A stretch of 64,000 bases of DNA from Camelus dromedarius (taxonomy: Eukaryota): positions 16,616,001 to 16,680,000 of the forward strand of contig NC_087436.1 in the NCBI RefSeq assembly GCF_036321535.1, in the 5' to 3' direction. Both the position numbers and the translations under genes were made by a program. The notes under the pieces are model-generated. The model did no database searches. It was not told the origin of the DNA and was given only the letters and a program-made list of their open reading frames with translations. Numbering within the stretch: position 1 is the first letter of the stretch; each line of letters begins with the position of its first letter. Below, piece by piece: positions 36,843 through 48,845 of the stretch.

Positions 36843-39714
36843 TGTTAACCTATTGACTTTAATCGTTACTTAATGTAAGTATTTTGTTCCCTTATTAATA
36901 TTAGAAAACTCAGCTTTAGAGACATCACCCAGCTAGTACGTGGGCATGATCATGATCAATTGACGATCCCCTACGTCTAACTCCTAATACCTTCTAATTG
37001 TTTTCTCCATGTCAGGTTGCTGGAAGTGTTCTTCCGGTAGGTTCTTATTAAGCCAATCTTTAAAAATTACCAAGTGCATAACAAGAAATTGAAAATTCAG
37101 TGAAGATAGTTATTCAGGGGTCTAAGTCTATGCAATCAAAGTAAATACCTTTCTGGAGATTTACTGTGATAAAGAGGGCAGTTTGGAATACGTAAAGAGA
37201 TGGATGGATAAACTGTCTGGCTCGAATATCGCTTCTCTCTGTTGCCTTTTGACAGAAGCTGAGGAGCAGCCTGTTCAAGTTAAGTTCTGGCAAAAATCCC
37301 AGAGTGCAGATATCAGGCATTATTGTTTGAAGGAAGATGCACAGGATTTGGATATCAGAGTGACTTGTGTTTAACATTCTACTGGAAGTTGAAAAGGCTG
37401 ACTGTGTTCGTGCCTGGATGGAGGGTCATCTCTCTTCTATGTTCTAATTAAAAATTCATGGAGTGAGAATAAGTGGATTTAAAAATTCCCCATTAGCAAT
37501 ATTAGCTTAGAAATCATACAATGGATGCTACATTGCAGCCATTTAGAGAAGCACAAACTTTCCTAGCCTTGCTGCTCTTAAACATTCTAATTTCATTGCC
37601 TGATCTGAAGGTCAAGGGCATGAACTTGATGGAATAAATCCTCCTTTGGGGAATCATTAGAGGAAGTTTGCCCCAGTTCACCACCAGCGATCACAGAGGA
37701 GGGGATACAAATGGAGCACAAAGCATACTTGCCCTTCAGTGACCCTCAAAGCACCCTGCGGTTCCATGTGCCTTTGACCGAGTTTATAGCCTTCCATTGC
37801 CTTTTGCGGTTACTGCGAAGCCCCCAGGGGAGAAAGATGATCTCAGGTAGCCAGGACCCAAACGGTGCAAAATTGTTGGGATCACAATGCACAGTGCTGA
37901 TTATTTATATGCAGTACCAACCGTGTGATCTTTATCTGTGGGATTAGGAGCCACAATGACATTTCTCATCCAGTGCTGCCTTTTGGACCACATCTCCTGG
38001 GCATTAAGACGGGAAGTGACAGGAGCCCCGTAGTGGGCGTGGATTGTACAACATAGTATTTCCTTTCCAGAAGGTCTGAGAAGCAGCTCAACATGTTGGG
38101 TCACTCAACATTTGATTCAATCAGAATAGCTAATGAATTATTAACATAAAAAACACCATGTGCAGGCTTCCTGAAGGCTCTGAAATCTTCTCGGCTGGAC
38201 TATAAATATCTCCTCAATACTCACAGTGCTTCAATAGCCAAAATCATGCTATCAACTACTCTTTCACTGTAACTCTTTTATAATAGCAATAAATTATACT
38301 TGAGTTTTAAAAGAGAGAGCTTTGACATTTATTTTACAAGTTCATATAACTTTATTTTGCTCTGGATGGTTTCTTTCTTTTCTTGGTGCTGGGGGTAGGG
38401 CAGGGCATAGATTAAGGGGGAGGAGAGAGTCTGGGACATTCCACTGAAATTTTTATCCTAAAGTACCACGTATATTTATTTACTCTTGCATAAACTTCTT
38501 TAAGATAGAATAAAGAGTATGCATGATAAAATGAAAACAGAAGAGTGAGGGAGAATGCAACAAGTTTCCGTCTTAATCAGATAAAAGGATATATCCGTTT
38601 GGCGATGGGAATTCTACAAATGAAACAACAGAATGAAAATATCAACACTGTGTAATTGATACGCAGCACTGCAAATACCCACCAAGAGATGGACTTACTC
38701 AAGCAAGATTGTCGTCATTGAAATGACAAGAAACTTTCGGAAAGAAAATTAAACAACAATGTGGTAAAAACTAATTACCTTTTCTGTGAACAACATGAAA
38801 AATTGGTGAAAGAGAAGCAGCCCGATGGCACTTTAAGGTAAATTTGTTACATTTTTTTTTCACAGTGAGAAGTAGGAAAACCATTAAAGAAAAATATCAA
38901 AGGTAGACAAATTTTTTAGTATAAGCTATTGTGAAAAAAACATTTAATTCTGAGTACATAACCTTTTGGCCTTAATTCCCCTGACTGGGTTAAAAAAATA
39001 TGAGCAGGCTAGACTGTCCAGCTGATGACTTGGGGAAAGAATGCTGTTATTTTTAACCAGGCAAATACTTACAGAGTCATCTGTTTTGAACAAAGAAGAC
39101 TGATAGTCCTGTTCTGCATTTTCCCTGCGTCTGGAGCCTGAACTTGGCTGACTCCAAATTAGGAAGAAACACCCTTGACTCCAACACGATTTGAGAATCA
39201 GCTAAGAGTCCCTGTTAGCTAGAACATTTATACTTTCACTTACCATATTAAGGTATTGACACATTTTCTAAGAACAAATGAGGGAATAAGACCCTAAAGA
39301 GTTGTCTGATGAAAGGGACTCATACTCTGAATAAGTATTTCCACTAAGTCATCAAATGATGTCACAAACGACAGTCCCAGAAGTCTCAAATTGAGCAAAT
39401 ACATCGTTTTCTGCAGGAAGAGCCAACTGCCCTACGTAATTTGTCGGCATTGAAAAGAATGCAATAAAGTAGAATCAGTGGTTATGAAAGTTTATCACTC
39501 ACTTCTCGTTGCTTATGTTTTATTTTCAGGGAGCTATAGCTTGAGGTAGTAGGTTCAGCAAAGAGAAAAAATGCATTCAACTCTTTTCTTGTAGATACTT
39601 CACACTTAGAGTCTAAATTCATACAACCAAAGGCTACAACCTTAGCTTGACATTGTTAGGAAATCCTTTGCATTTTACTTTGCCACTTTAGGTGTGTTGA
39701 GGCCAGGCTGCATT

Positions 39715-40092
39715 TTGGTAAATGGACTGAATTGTCACCCCCAAATTTGTATGTTGAAGCCTTAACCCACATTGTGACTATATTTGGAAATAGAGTCTTC
39801 AGGAGGTAATTAAAATTAAATAAGTTCTTAAGGGTGGGGCCCTTATCCCATAGGACTGTGGCCTTATGAGAAGAGGAAGAGCGAGATCTTCCTCTCTGTC
39901 CATCATGTGAGAACATGCTAGAAGGCGGCTGTCTGTAAACCAGGAAGAGAGAGCTCTCTCACCTAAAAATGATTCGGCCAGCACCTTTGATCTTGGACCG
40001 CCCAGCCTCTAGAGCTGTGAGAACTAACTGTCTGTTGTCTAACCCGCCCAGTCTGCGGTATTTTGTTATGGCAGCCCGAGCTGATGAGCACA
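39715..40092 (+). mobile_element. MaLR LTR (MLT1A/B-like)
   Basis: atggactgaattgtcacccccaaatttgtatgttgaagcc...gtattttgttatggcagcccgagctga. Confidence 0.92.
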
Positions 40093-40814
40093 GTGAGATT
40101 CAGTGTACCGCTGATCGTCCCTTTTCCTAGGGGATGCCCTCCAGGGCTTTAATTCTGAATTTGGCAAGTGTCTGTCTCCTCAGCACCAAGAGAGACAATG
40201 GGAAAGTCAGCTCAGCTTATAGGAGATTTTAGATACAGATTTTTAAGTTCTTGCCTCATGCAACTTCAGAATTAGAGAAATCTTAGATGTATTTGAGGCT
40301 CCTGAAGTCTCCGATTTTTGTCATTCCAACCCTCTGAGCAACTGCCAGCAGTTTGCCATTTCTCTGCCTCCGCATGGCCAAAACCCCAAGTCTCGGTCTC
40401 TAGCCCATCCAGAATTAGCAAATGCCCTAAGGGGGAAAAAATAAAGGCTCAGACCCTCCACTCACCTCTGAGAGGTTCTCCCTTTTCCAGAATTTTAGTC
40501 CTTGAAGTCCGCTTACTTTGGAAGCTCTTGGATCTTTTTTAAAAAGATAAGTTGTATATTTTACCTGACTTTTCTGGTTGCTCTTGGCAGGACATTCCAT
40601 TCTGTTCCATCCATACGGTTCCCTTTGGATCTCACTTTGTTAACAGTTCAAAAAGCCTTGGAGGGCAGCTCTTCTGTGGTCCCCAGACATGGACCAGAGC
40701 TAGAGGAAGCGAGTCTGGCAGAAAGAGCCTGGAGCGAGTCCTCCTTCCAGCTCTCCCACGCACGTGCCAGGATGGTAGGTAACTGGCGCGGTGGTCGGGG
40801 GCACCAGCTTGGAA

Positions 40815-41170
40815 AGCAGATGGTGTGGGTGGTACACTGGTTCCAAGCTACTTGTATGAAATTGCAGCATTTACTTAAATTTCCCTCACCCTCTGTTTCC
40901 ACGTTATAGAATACTAACAGTAACCATCCATCGAGGATTTTTATAAAGATTAAATGCAATTTCCTACACAGCACGTGTATCAATAAACGCCAGCTCTTGT
41001 TATCACTAATTTGGAAAACTCACATATTCTCACTAAGTTGGTTTCCTCACAGACAACAACAAGAAAAATGAATGTAATCCCTGTCGCGTAGGTGGGGCAC
41101 TGAGATGAAATGAAAATCCATGTTAGTGTACATGACAATGTAGGACTGTATATTAAGTGCTCTGGTCATG
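40815..41170 (+). mobile_element. MIR SINE fragments
   Basis: ttacttaaatttccctcaccctctgtttcc...gattaaatg, and a second core ctcactaagttggtttcctca. Confidence 0.65.
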
Positions 41171-41929
41171 GTGGCCACTCAGTAATTAGTTTACTTTCTA
41201 TCTGACGAACGTTCTCTGAGATAAAATAAGATTGCTTACATTTCAAATTTGCTGGTGTTTTTCACATGGATTCAGATTTTGAAGCCTAGATCATATCTTA
41301 TCCATCTTTGTATCCCTAGTACCTGGCCAGACTCTAGCATGCCAATGCACATTTGCTGCAGGAGTGAATTGGTGAAAACCAGCTTATAATTCTATAGTTC
41401 ATTATCCACTCCGGCTCCCAGCACATCTTGTTCGAGAGCCAAATAAATATTTGTTGAATAAATGAATTATTCAGAGTCATTAAAAAGCCTAACAGTTGAC
41501 TCAGGGATAGTATCAATTTTTTTCTCAACCAGATTTAGGAGACGATGATTTTCATTTGGACAGTGACCGACTTGATTCTGATAAATGTGGTCTTGGAGTT
41601 TATAGAGGAAGTGGGGCCAAGAATATTTCCTCATCAAATACAAGATCTTGATTCTTACTTATCAGTTCTGGTCACCAAATATGTTTTTGTGTTCTCCCTG
41701 ATTACAGGGTGATGTAACAGGAGTGTAAATTAAGAAGATGGGGCAGTGGGGAGCTGGATTCAGAGAGCGGAAGCCAGATGGCTTTAATCCTAAACAACAA
41801 TTAAACACTTCCCATACATACTCTTAGTCATACTAGGAGCGTTTAATACCCACTGGCTAGATGCAAGGATGCTTCACCATGAGGAAAACAATCCCTAAAG
41901 TATTATCAGTTGCCACTTTGACTCTAAAA

Positions 41930-42130
41930 TAAAATGACACTTAACGAGTTTTTATGATGTGCTTGGGACGGCGCTGCACATTTTCTGAACATCATCTCAG
42001 TTAATCCTCACAGAAACAACGGCACTTCTGTTCTGTGAGATGGGTTCTCTTGGTGTCCCATTACATAGATGAAGACACTGAAATAAGAAGCACTAGGGAC
42101 CTGCCCAAGCGCACACAGAGGGTGTGTGGT
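41930..42130 (-). mobile_element. MIR SINE
   Basis: catctcagttaatcctcacag...cccattacatagatgaagacactgaa...ctgcccaagcgcacacag. Confidence 0.75.
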
Positions 42131-42179
42131 TGGGGGGGGGGGTGTCTGGCCCTCTCCTGGTTTCCTATTAGGTCCTGCA

Positions 42180-42915
42180 GCAGTGGTTTTCCCCCATCAG
42201 AACCAATGCCCTCTTTTAAAAACAAATACCATGTAAAGTCTTCTTTAATACCCTGAAATGAAATTCACAGATAATATAACCTCCCTACACACATAATAAA
42301 AAACATTTCCCTGGCTTTACTATAAAGGAGAAATTCAAGGAAAGTAATTTTGAGTGAAATAACATACATTTCCATATGCAATTGCTTTGATTTGAATGCA
42401 CTACAAGACATCATAAAGTGGCCAGATGCGTACACCCATCTGTAAAATCTTTATGAACATGTCAGCTATAGAAACCGAACCGTCCTGGTGCGTCGTGTCG
42501 GCCACTCACACGTTAGCTGTGGCGCTCCTGTTAGTGAAAGGACTTTTCTAAAACAGGTAGGGGTTTTTGGTAACGTTTCAAACTAAACAAACGATGGTCT
42601 TCCTTCTATTTACACTCCTGGAAAATTCAGTTTACACGAAAACCACGCAAAAGATTTTGTATTTACATGTAAAACATGAGATAATTATAAGCAGGCTATT
42701 TGCAAACATGAATGACCAGCGGGAAAGTCAAGAAGGATGAGGAGGAAGTTTTCCTTGTGCAGGATGGTTCCACAGCTGGCAGGATGCCCAGGATTCCTGG
42801 CCCTCACTCAGTAAAACCAGGAGCACCTTCCAAATCATTGTGAAATCCACAGGAACCCCTCCACAAGGTTTTCAGTTGCCCACCAGGGTGGTCCTGCCCC
42901 AGGTGGGAGCTACAA
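42180..42915. mobile_element. hAT-Charlie fossil (MER20B-like)
   Basis: Starts cagtggttttc, includes ctgaaatgaaattcacagataatata, and has a MER20-like right part ggcaggatgcccaggattcctggccctcactcagtaaa...gccccaggtgggagc. Confidence 0.6.
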
Positions 42916-43129
42916 CTCTGTTGAATGCTCACAAGAAACTACCGTTGCAAAACCAAGGGCAATTACCTAGCGCTAGATGAGCTAATGGAATATGGGGCAG
43001 AACTTTAATAACGTAATTAGTTATTGAGTGGTATGTGAGAGCAGAAATAGAAATAAGACCTAGAAAGAATGACATTTTAGGAATGAAGAATGAGCGCTTT
43101 CAGGAAGAGGGACTCAAACAAGACCTCTT

Positions 43130-43385
43130 ACCTTGTCCCCACACCTGGGTTAGGTTCTTTTTAATATCCTGTCACAGCACCCTGTGCATCTGCTTTATAA
43201 TACTCATGACAATTGTCATTAAGTAGGTAATTGTCTATGGCTTATTTAATATCTGTCTGTTCTATTGGAAGGTAAGTTTCAGTTGCAATATTTTTTACTG
43301 AGTATCACTTACATATACACACACACACATACATACGTACAAGGCACCTTGTGCAGAGTAGGGACTTAATAAATATTTGTAAAAT
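43130..43385 (+). mobile_element. LINE-2 3' end
   Basis: cacagcaccctgtgcatctgc...tttaatatctgtct...agagtagggacttaataaatatttgt. Confidence 0.7.
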
Positions 43386-44361
43386 GCATATTTTGGTATA
43401 CTCATTTGAAGGTTTTGGAGGAGGATTCTGAGAAGTTTGATTAACATGACCTTGATATTGGTAAGTATATTTGAAGTCTACAAACTGATTTGTCTGCATC
43501 ATAGTTCTCATTCTTCCAAGCTGTTTGAAAGCTGGCTAATTAAACACTCAACTTTTAGCAGTGGTTTTGCAAGCATAACTCTAGTGCCACCTTCTGCCAG
43601 GCAGAGAAATATGCTGTTGTCATTTGCATTCTGAGAATCTGGATTAGATTCAACAGTTCTTTATGCTGCAGAATTAAATAGACGTTTTAAAAATGTTAAA
43701 AATAATGGGGCTCTTTAAATTCCCATTGAAAACGGCAAACTGTGGCCAATCTATAAATCATGCTGACTGAAGTGAACAAAATTCTTATATACAGTGGTTC
43801 AGATACAGGGAGTTTTCTTAGAGAAGAGAGGAGATTTAGGATTTTTTTTTGATTCATTCAATGTCATTTTCCATAGGTTTAAAACTTTACAAAACGGCTC
43901 CAATTATTATGAAAGAATACACACAGGGAGGTGCTACAGTGAACAAAATTCTCACTGAGGTTATCAAGAAGAGGTATTATGGAGAGGACAGTTTGAACTT
44001 GAGTATAACCGAAAATATTTAGTCAGAAGTTCTGCAAATCAATGAAGACTTTATCATTAAAATAAAAATCGATGTTTCTTTATACATACAAATTCAACTT
44101 GAAATGTCCATTTTCCCTGGTAGGACAGTATTTTCTCTGTGTGGTACTTGTTTTGTAATCTGTTATGCTATTTGGCATTATGTGAATAACAGTAACATGC
44201 CAAGACACTAATGGGGTTAGGTAACCCTCTGTGATACCACTAGACACTGGTATCTTTGCATTGCCCACATGGAATGATTTTGAATTTTTAATCCAAACAG
44301 GAAGGGTCTGTCCAACAGAAGGAGGGTCAAAACCCTCCTCTCATATAGAAGCATAGAGTAA

Positions 44362-44592
44362 AGGCTGGCAAACTTTTTCTTTAAAATATCAGTTAGTAAA
44401 TATTTTAGACTTTGGAGACCCTAAGATCCCTAACACAACTACTCACCTCTGAAGTCATACCTGGAAAGCAGCCACAGACAATGTATACACAAATGAGCAT
44501 GGCTGGGTTTCAATAAAACTTTATTTACCAAAAAAAAAAAAAAAAAAAAAAAAGCAGCGCGCTGGATGTGGCTTGTGGGCGGTACTTGTCAA
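44362..44592. mobile_element. MER58A-like hAT MITE
   Basis: ggcaaactttttc...tagtaaatattttagacttt...gagcatggctgggtttcaataaaactttattta...gctggatgtggc, with an expanded internal A tract. Confidence 0.88.
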
Positions 44593-45145
44593 GTCTCGGA
44601 ATAGAGCATTGGGACTGCAGCTTGAGAGCGGGAAAGTCTCAAGGAGAAGGAAAACCCTTCTCCTAAGAGATCCAGAGGGCCTGCTCCAGGAAGAGGCAGC
44701 GCTCCAGAACCCGGCGCGGCAGGGTGGAGGGAAAGCGGGACTTCACCGCGCATCACAGCTACAGACTGCATTGACAAGCAAGGAAACGTGGAGTGTAGCC
44801 ATTTTCAATCTTTTTAGCCAGATGCAACTCTTGAGAAGCTTTCAGGTCTCAGGGAACCTCTTTATAAGAATTACTACAGCTGCTGCTCATGGTGTGTTAG
44901 CAAGGCCAGTAATTTGTAGATATGATAATCCAAGAATGGTCGTCGATGATCTTTTGAACAGAGAATGCTTTTTCCTATGGACTTTTTTTTGGCCAGCCCG
45001 TTAGCCTCTTTTTTTGTTTGGTTCCCCCTCTCCACCAAGCATTTAACTCCAAAAAGCATATCAGTAACTGTAGGTAGAAGAACCTCGGCTTTTATTTTCT
45101 ATTAAAAAAAAGAAAAGTGAAAAATTAAAAAAAAAATGCCTATTT

Positions 45146-45147
<2 letters not shown>

Positions 45148-45185
<38 letters not shown>
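45148..45185. repeat. (GT)19 microsatellite
   Basis: Read directly. Confidence 0.98.
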
Positions 45186-45187
<2 letters not shown>

Positions 45188-45221
45188 AACCTTATGCAAT
45201 TAGTTTCCTAACAAATTTACA

Positions 45222-45805
45222 TAATTAGTTTCCTGGTGCTCTAACAAATACCACAATCTTAAAATGGCTTAAAGCAACACACATGTATTATCCTACTGTT
45301 CTGGAGATCAGAGATTCAAAAGGGGTCAGCAGGGCTATGTCCCTTCTGGAGGTTCCAGGGGAAATTCCATTTCCTTGTCTTTTTCCTGTTTCTAGAGTCT
45401 GCCTGCATTCCCTCACTGATGGCCCCTTCAGATAGCCTTGGTTATGCATCTGCAGTCACCTGTCAAGTTGGGTAAGTGGCTGGGCTCTCTCACATCTCTG
45501 GGGCTCTGGCTGGTGCAGTTAGGCTGACTTAGCTCTATGTATGTACTGTATGGTCTCTCATCCTCCAACAGGCTTATTCATTAGGCAGAGGCAGGGGCTC
45601 AGGAGGAGTGGAAGCATGAAAAACATCTTGATGCACAGGATCTAATTGGTGCATGAGCATTTCTTCCACCTTGCAGTGGCCAAAGCCAAGTCAAAGGCCA
45701 GATCAGATTCAAGATCTGGCGAAACAACTCTACATTTGCATGGAAGGAGTTACAAAATCATATTGCAAAGGGTATGTATGTAGGGAACAGAGTATTGTGG
45801 CCATT
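45222..45805 (-). mobile_element. MaLR LTR fragments (MLT1 family, two pieces)
   Basis: ctaacaaataccacaa...tggcttaaagcaacac...ttctggag, then tggccaaagccaagtcaaaggccag...aaatcatattgcaaaggg. Confidence 0.8.
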
Positions 45806-45991
45806 TATGTTAGTTATTATGAAGAAGCACTCATTATTTTTTCCTACCCTGCCTCTATAACCAGAACTGGATACTATCAACATTTTGAAAGTATTCAAAG
45901 AACAAAGATAATTATCAAAAGTTAAATATTTGATAGACATTTATGCTTTTAATTAAAAAATTGGAAAATAAAGTTGAGGAAATCATCCAGT

Positions 45992-46445
45992 GTATCTGTT
46001 TTCAATCGCTGCATAACAGCTTATCCCAGTCTAGTGAGCTACACAACACACACCTTTACCGTACGGTTTCTCTGTGTTAGGAGTTCAGTCATGGTTTAGA
46101 AATGTTCTCTGCCTTAGGTTCTCTGCCAAAGCTGCAATCTAGGTTTCAGATGGGGCTGTGGTCTCATGAGAGGCTCAACTGGAGAGATATCCAACTTCAA
46201 GCACAGTTAGTTTGTTGGCAGAATTCATTTTCTTGCTACTGTATGACTTTGAGTCCCACCTTTTTTTTTTCCCCTGGCTGTCAGCGGCCTTCCATTTCTA
46301 GAGGCCACCTGCAGTTCTTAGAGATTACTTGCTCTTTCTTAGCCAACTTACTGCATCAAGCCAGGAAGAAAAATGTCTCACTACAGTTTTATATAAAATA
46401 ATGTGGTCATGGGAGTGGCGTCCCATCAACTTTGCTATGTAATGT
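45992..46445 (-). mobile_element. MaLR LTR (MLT1-like)
   Basis: tgtatctgttttcaatcgctgcataaca...tttgttggcagaattcattttcttgc...tcatgggagtggcgtcccatca. Confidence 0.8.
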
Positions 46446-46459
46446 AACCATGGAGTATA

Positions 46460-47560
46460 TAGATTATCAATCAGAACAAAGAGACTAAGATAAAAGACTA
46501 AAAGATCAAATTTGGTGGTCTAGTATCTGTTTAATAGTAATCTCAAAAAAAAAAAAAAAGGTAGTGCCTAACTGGAGGTGAGAAAAATTTTAAAGATAAA
46601 TAAAACAAGAAAATTTCTCAGAATAGAAAGATATGAAGTTCTAGATTGAAAATATTTACCAAGTATCCAACACATTAATGGAAAAGAGACTTAAAGCACA
46701 TCATTTTGAAACATTGGGTGAAGAGAAGATCCTCAAAATGTCTAGAAAGAAAAAAAATCAACTCATATATGAAGGATCAGGATTCAGGATGGCATTGGAT
46801 TTCCCAGCAGCAACCCCTAAATCTGGAGAACAATGAGAAGGGGTTTCAACTTTCTGAATAAAAATTATTTCCATTACGGAATTCAAGAGTCACCAATTTA
46901 TTATTTTTTTCCCAAGGAGGGTTGCCATAAAGTTATTTTTTTACAGGCCAAAAAAAAAAAAAAATTAACCTTTCGTGTATCCTTTCTCAGGAAGCTTCTG
47001 GAAATGTGTCTCACCAAAAGAGAGAAATAAGTCAAGGAAAAGAAAGATGTGAGATCTAGGGAAAAGAAGCAATAATACAGAATCCTGGAGGTGAAAGGAA
47101 TTCTTAGGGTAATCATGAATAGATATCCTAACATGACAGCTGCACAGCAGGCTGAGACCACAAATCCAGATTGGAGTGGGAGGATGGTGGGTTCTAGGAC
47201 AAGTATCTCCAAGAAAAAAAATTAAACTGACAGATTGCTTAATGTTTTTATTATATTGAAAGGAATTTTACAGCTCTGCTGAGGAATTTGAGAGACAAAT
47301 TATATGGAAAAAGAATTACATAAATAAAATAATTACATAGAAAAAGAATCCCACCTCCATATCCAAAATTCTCAAAACCAAAACACTGAAGTGACTATTA
47401 ACGCTAGGAAAACAAAAGGCTGTACCTAAAAGGGAATGTAATCGTTGTGTACCATAAGGCTCATCGGAACAACATTCACAAACTAATGATGAAATCTTGA
47501 TTTACTAAGAAATTATGCTATTTAAGGGACATGGTGAGGGGGAGAGGAAGTATGTGTGTA
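46460..47560 (+). mobile_element. Old HAL1/L1ME-like fragment
   Basis: aagaaaatttctcagaatag...agagaagatcctc...ggcattggatttcccagcagcaac...cctttctcaggaagcttctgga. Confidence 0.7.
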
Positions 47561-47594
47561 TGTATATGAGTGTGTTTGTGTTGTGTATATGTGT

Positions 47595-48845
47595 AGGCGT
47601 GTAAATATAACTAAAACTTGCAATTTTAACCATTTCTGAGTGTACAATTCAGTGGCATTAAGAACATTAATATTGTTGTGCAAACATCACTACTATCCAT
47701 CTCCAGAACCTTTTCATCTTCCCAAACTGAAACTCTGTACACATTAAACAATAACTCTCTATTCCTCCCTACTCACCCTTGACAACCACCATTCTACTTT
47801 CTGTCCTTATGAATTTGATTACTTTAGAGACTTCATGTAAGTGGAATCATGTAATATTTGTCCTTTTGTGCATGGCTGATTTTACTTAGCATAATGTCTT
47901 CAAAGTTCATCCATGTTGTAGCACATGCCAGGATTTCCTTCCTTTTTAAGGTTGAATAATGTTCCATTGTATGTATATACCACATTTTGTTTACCCATGA
48001 ATCTATCATTTGGACATTTGAAACATTTGGGTTGCTTCAACCTCTTGGTTATTGTGAATAATGCTACTGTAAGCACAGATGTACAAATATCTCTCTGAGT
48101 CCCTACTTTCAATTCTTTTGGATATTTACCCGGAAGCAGAATTGCTGGATCATATGGTGATCCTATTGTTAATTTTTTGAGGAATCATCCCCCTGTTTTC
48201 CATGACATCACTTTATATTCTCACCAGCAGTGCACAAGATTTCTAGTTGCTCCACATCCTTGTAACACTTCTAATTTTGTTTTTGTTTTTTGTTTGCTTT
48301 TTGTTTTTAGTAGTAGCCACCCTAATGGGTATGAGGTGAAACCTTGTGGTTTTGGTTTGCATTTCCCTAATGACTTAGTAGTATTGATTATCTTTTCTTA
48401 TGCTTGTTGGCAACTTGTATATCTTCTCTGGAGAACTGTCAATTCAAGTCATTTGCCCATTTTTAATAGGGTTATTTTGTTGTTATTGTTGAGATGTAGG
48501 TGTTCTTTATATATTCTGTATATTATTATTAGATATATCACATGCAAATATTTTCTCCATTTCCTTAGGTTGCTCTTTTCACTTTGTTGATTGTGTTCTT
48601 TGATGCACAGAAGCTTTTAATTTTGATGTAGTTCATTTTATCTATTTTTCCTTTTGTTGTCTGTGCTTTTGGTGTCACATAAAAAAAAGATCAGTGTGAA
48701 ATCCAATGTCATGAAGATTTCCCCTTGCATTTTCTTCTAAGAGTTCTATAGATTTAAGTTTTACATTAGGTCTTAGATGCATTTTGGGTTAATTTTTGTA
48801 TTTGGTGGAAGGTAAGAGTCCAACTTCATGCTTTTGCATGTGTTA
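47595..48845 (-). mobile_element. LINE-1 (L1MB-like) 3' region
   Basis: tgtacaattcagtggcattaag...ctccagaaccttttcatcttcccaaactgaaactctgtac...gaattgctggatcatatggt...tttgatgcacagaagc. Confidence 0.93.

Noticed and set aside
38721..38843. Short open frame ending at a good donor (AAG|GTAAAT)
   Set aside because: There is no polypyrimidine acceptor upstream and the peptide is unrecognised.
39500..39620. let-7 microRNA gene
   Set aside because: Only 14 nt match and there is no complementary star arm or hairpin. It is kept only as a possible target site.
44511..44553. AATAAA followed by a long poly(A), as a possible retrocopy end
   Set aside because: It is internal to a MER58-like MITE that continues after the A tract, so this is simple expansion.
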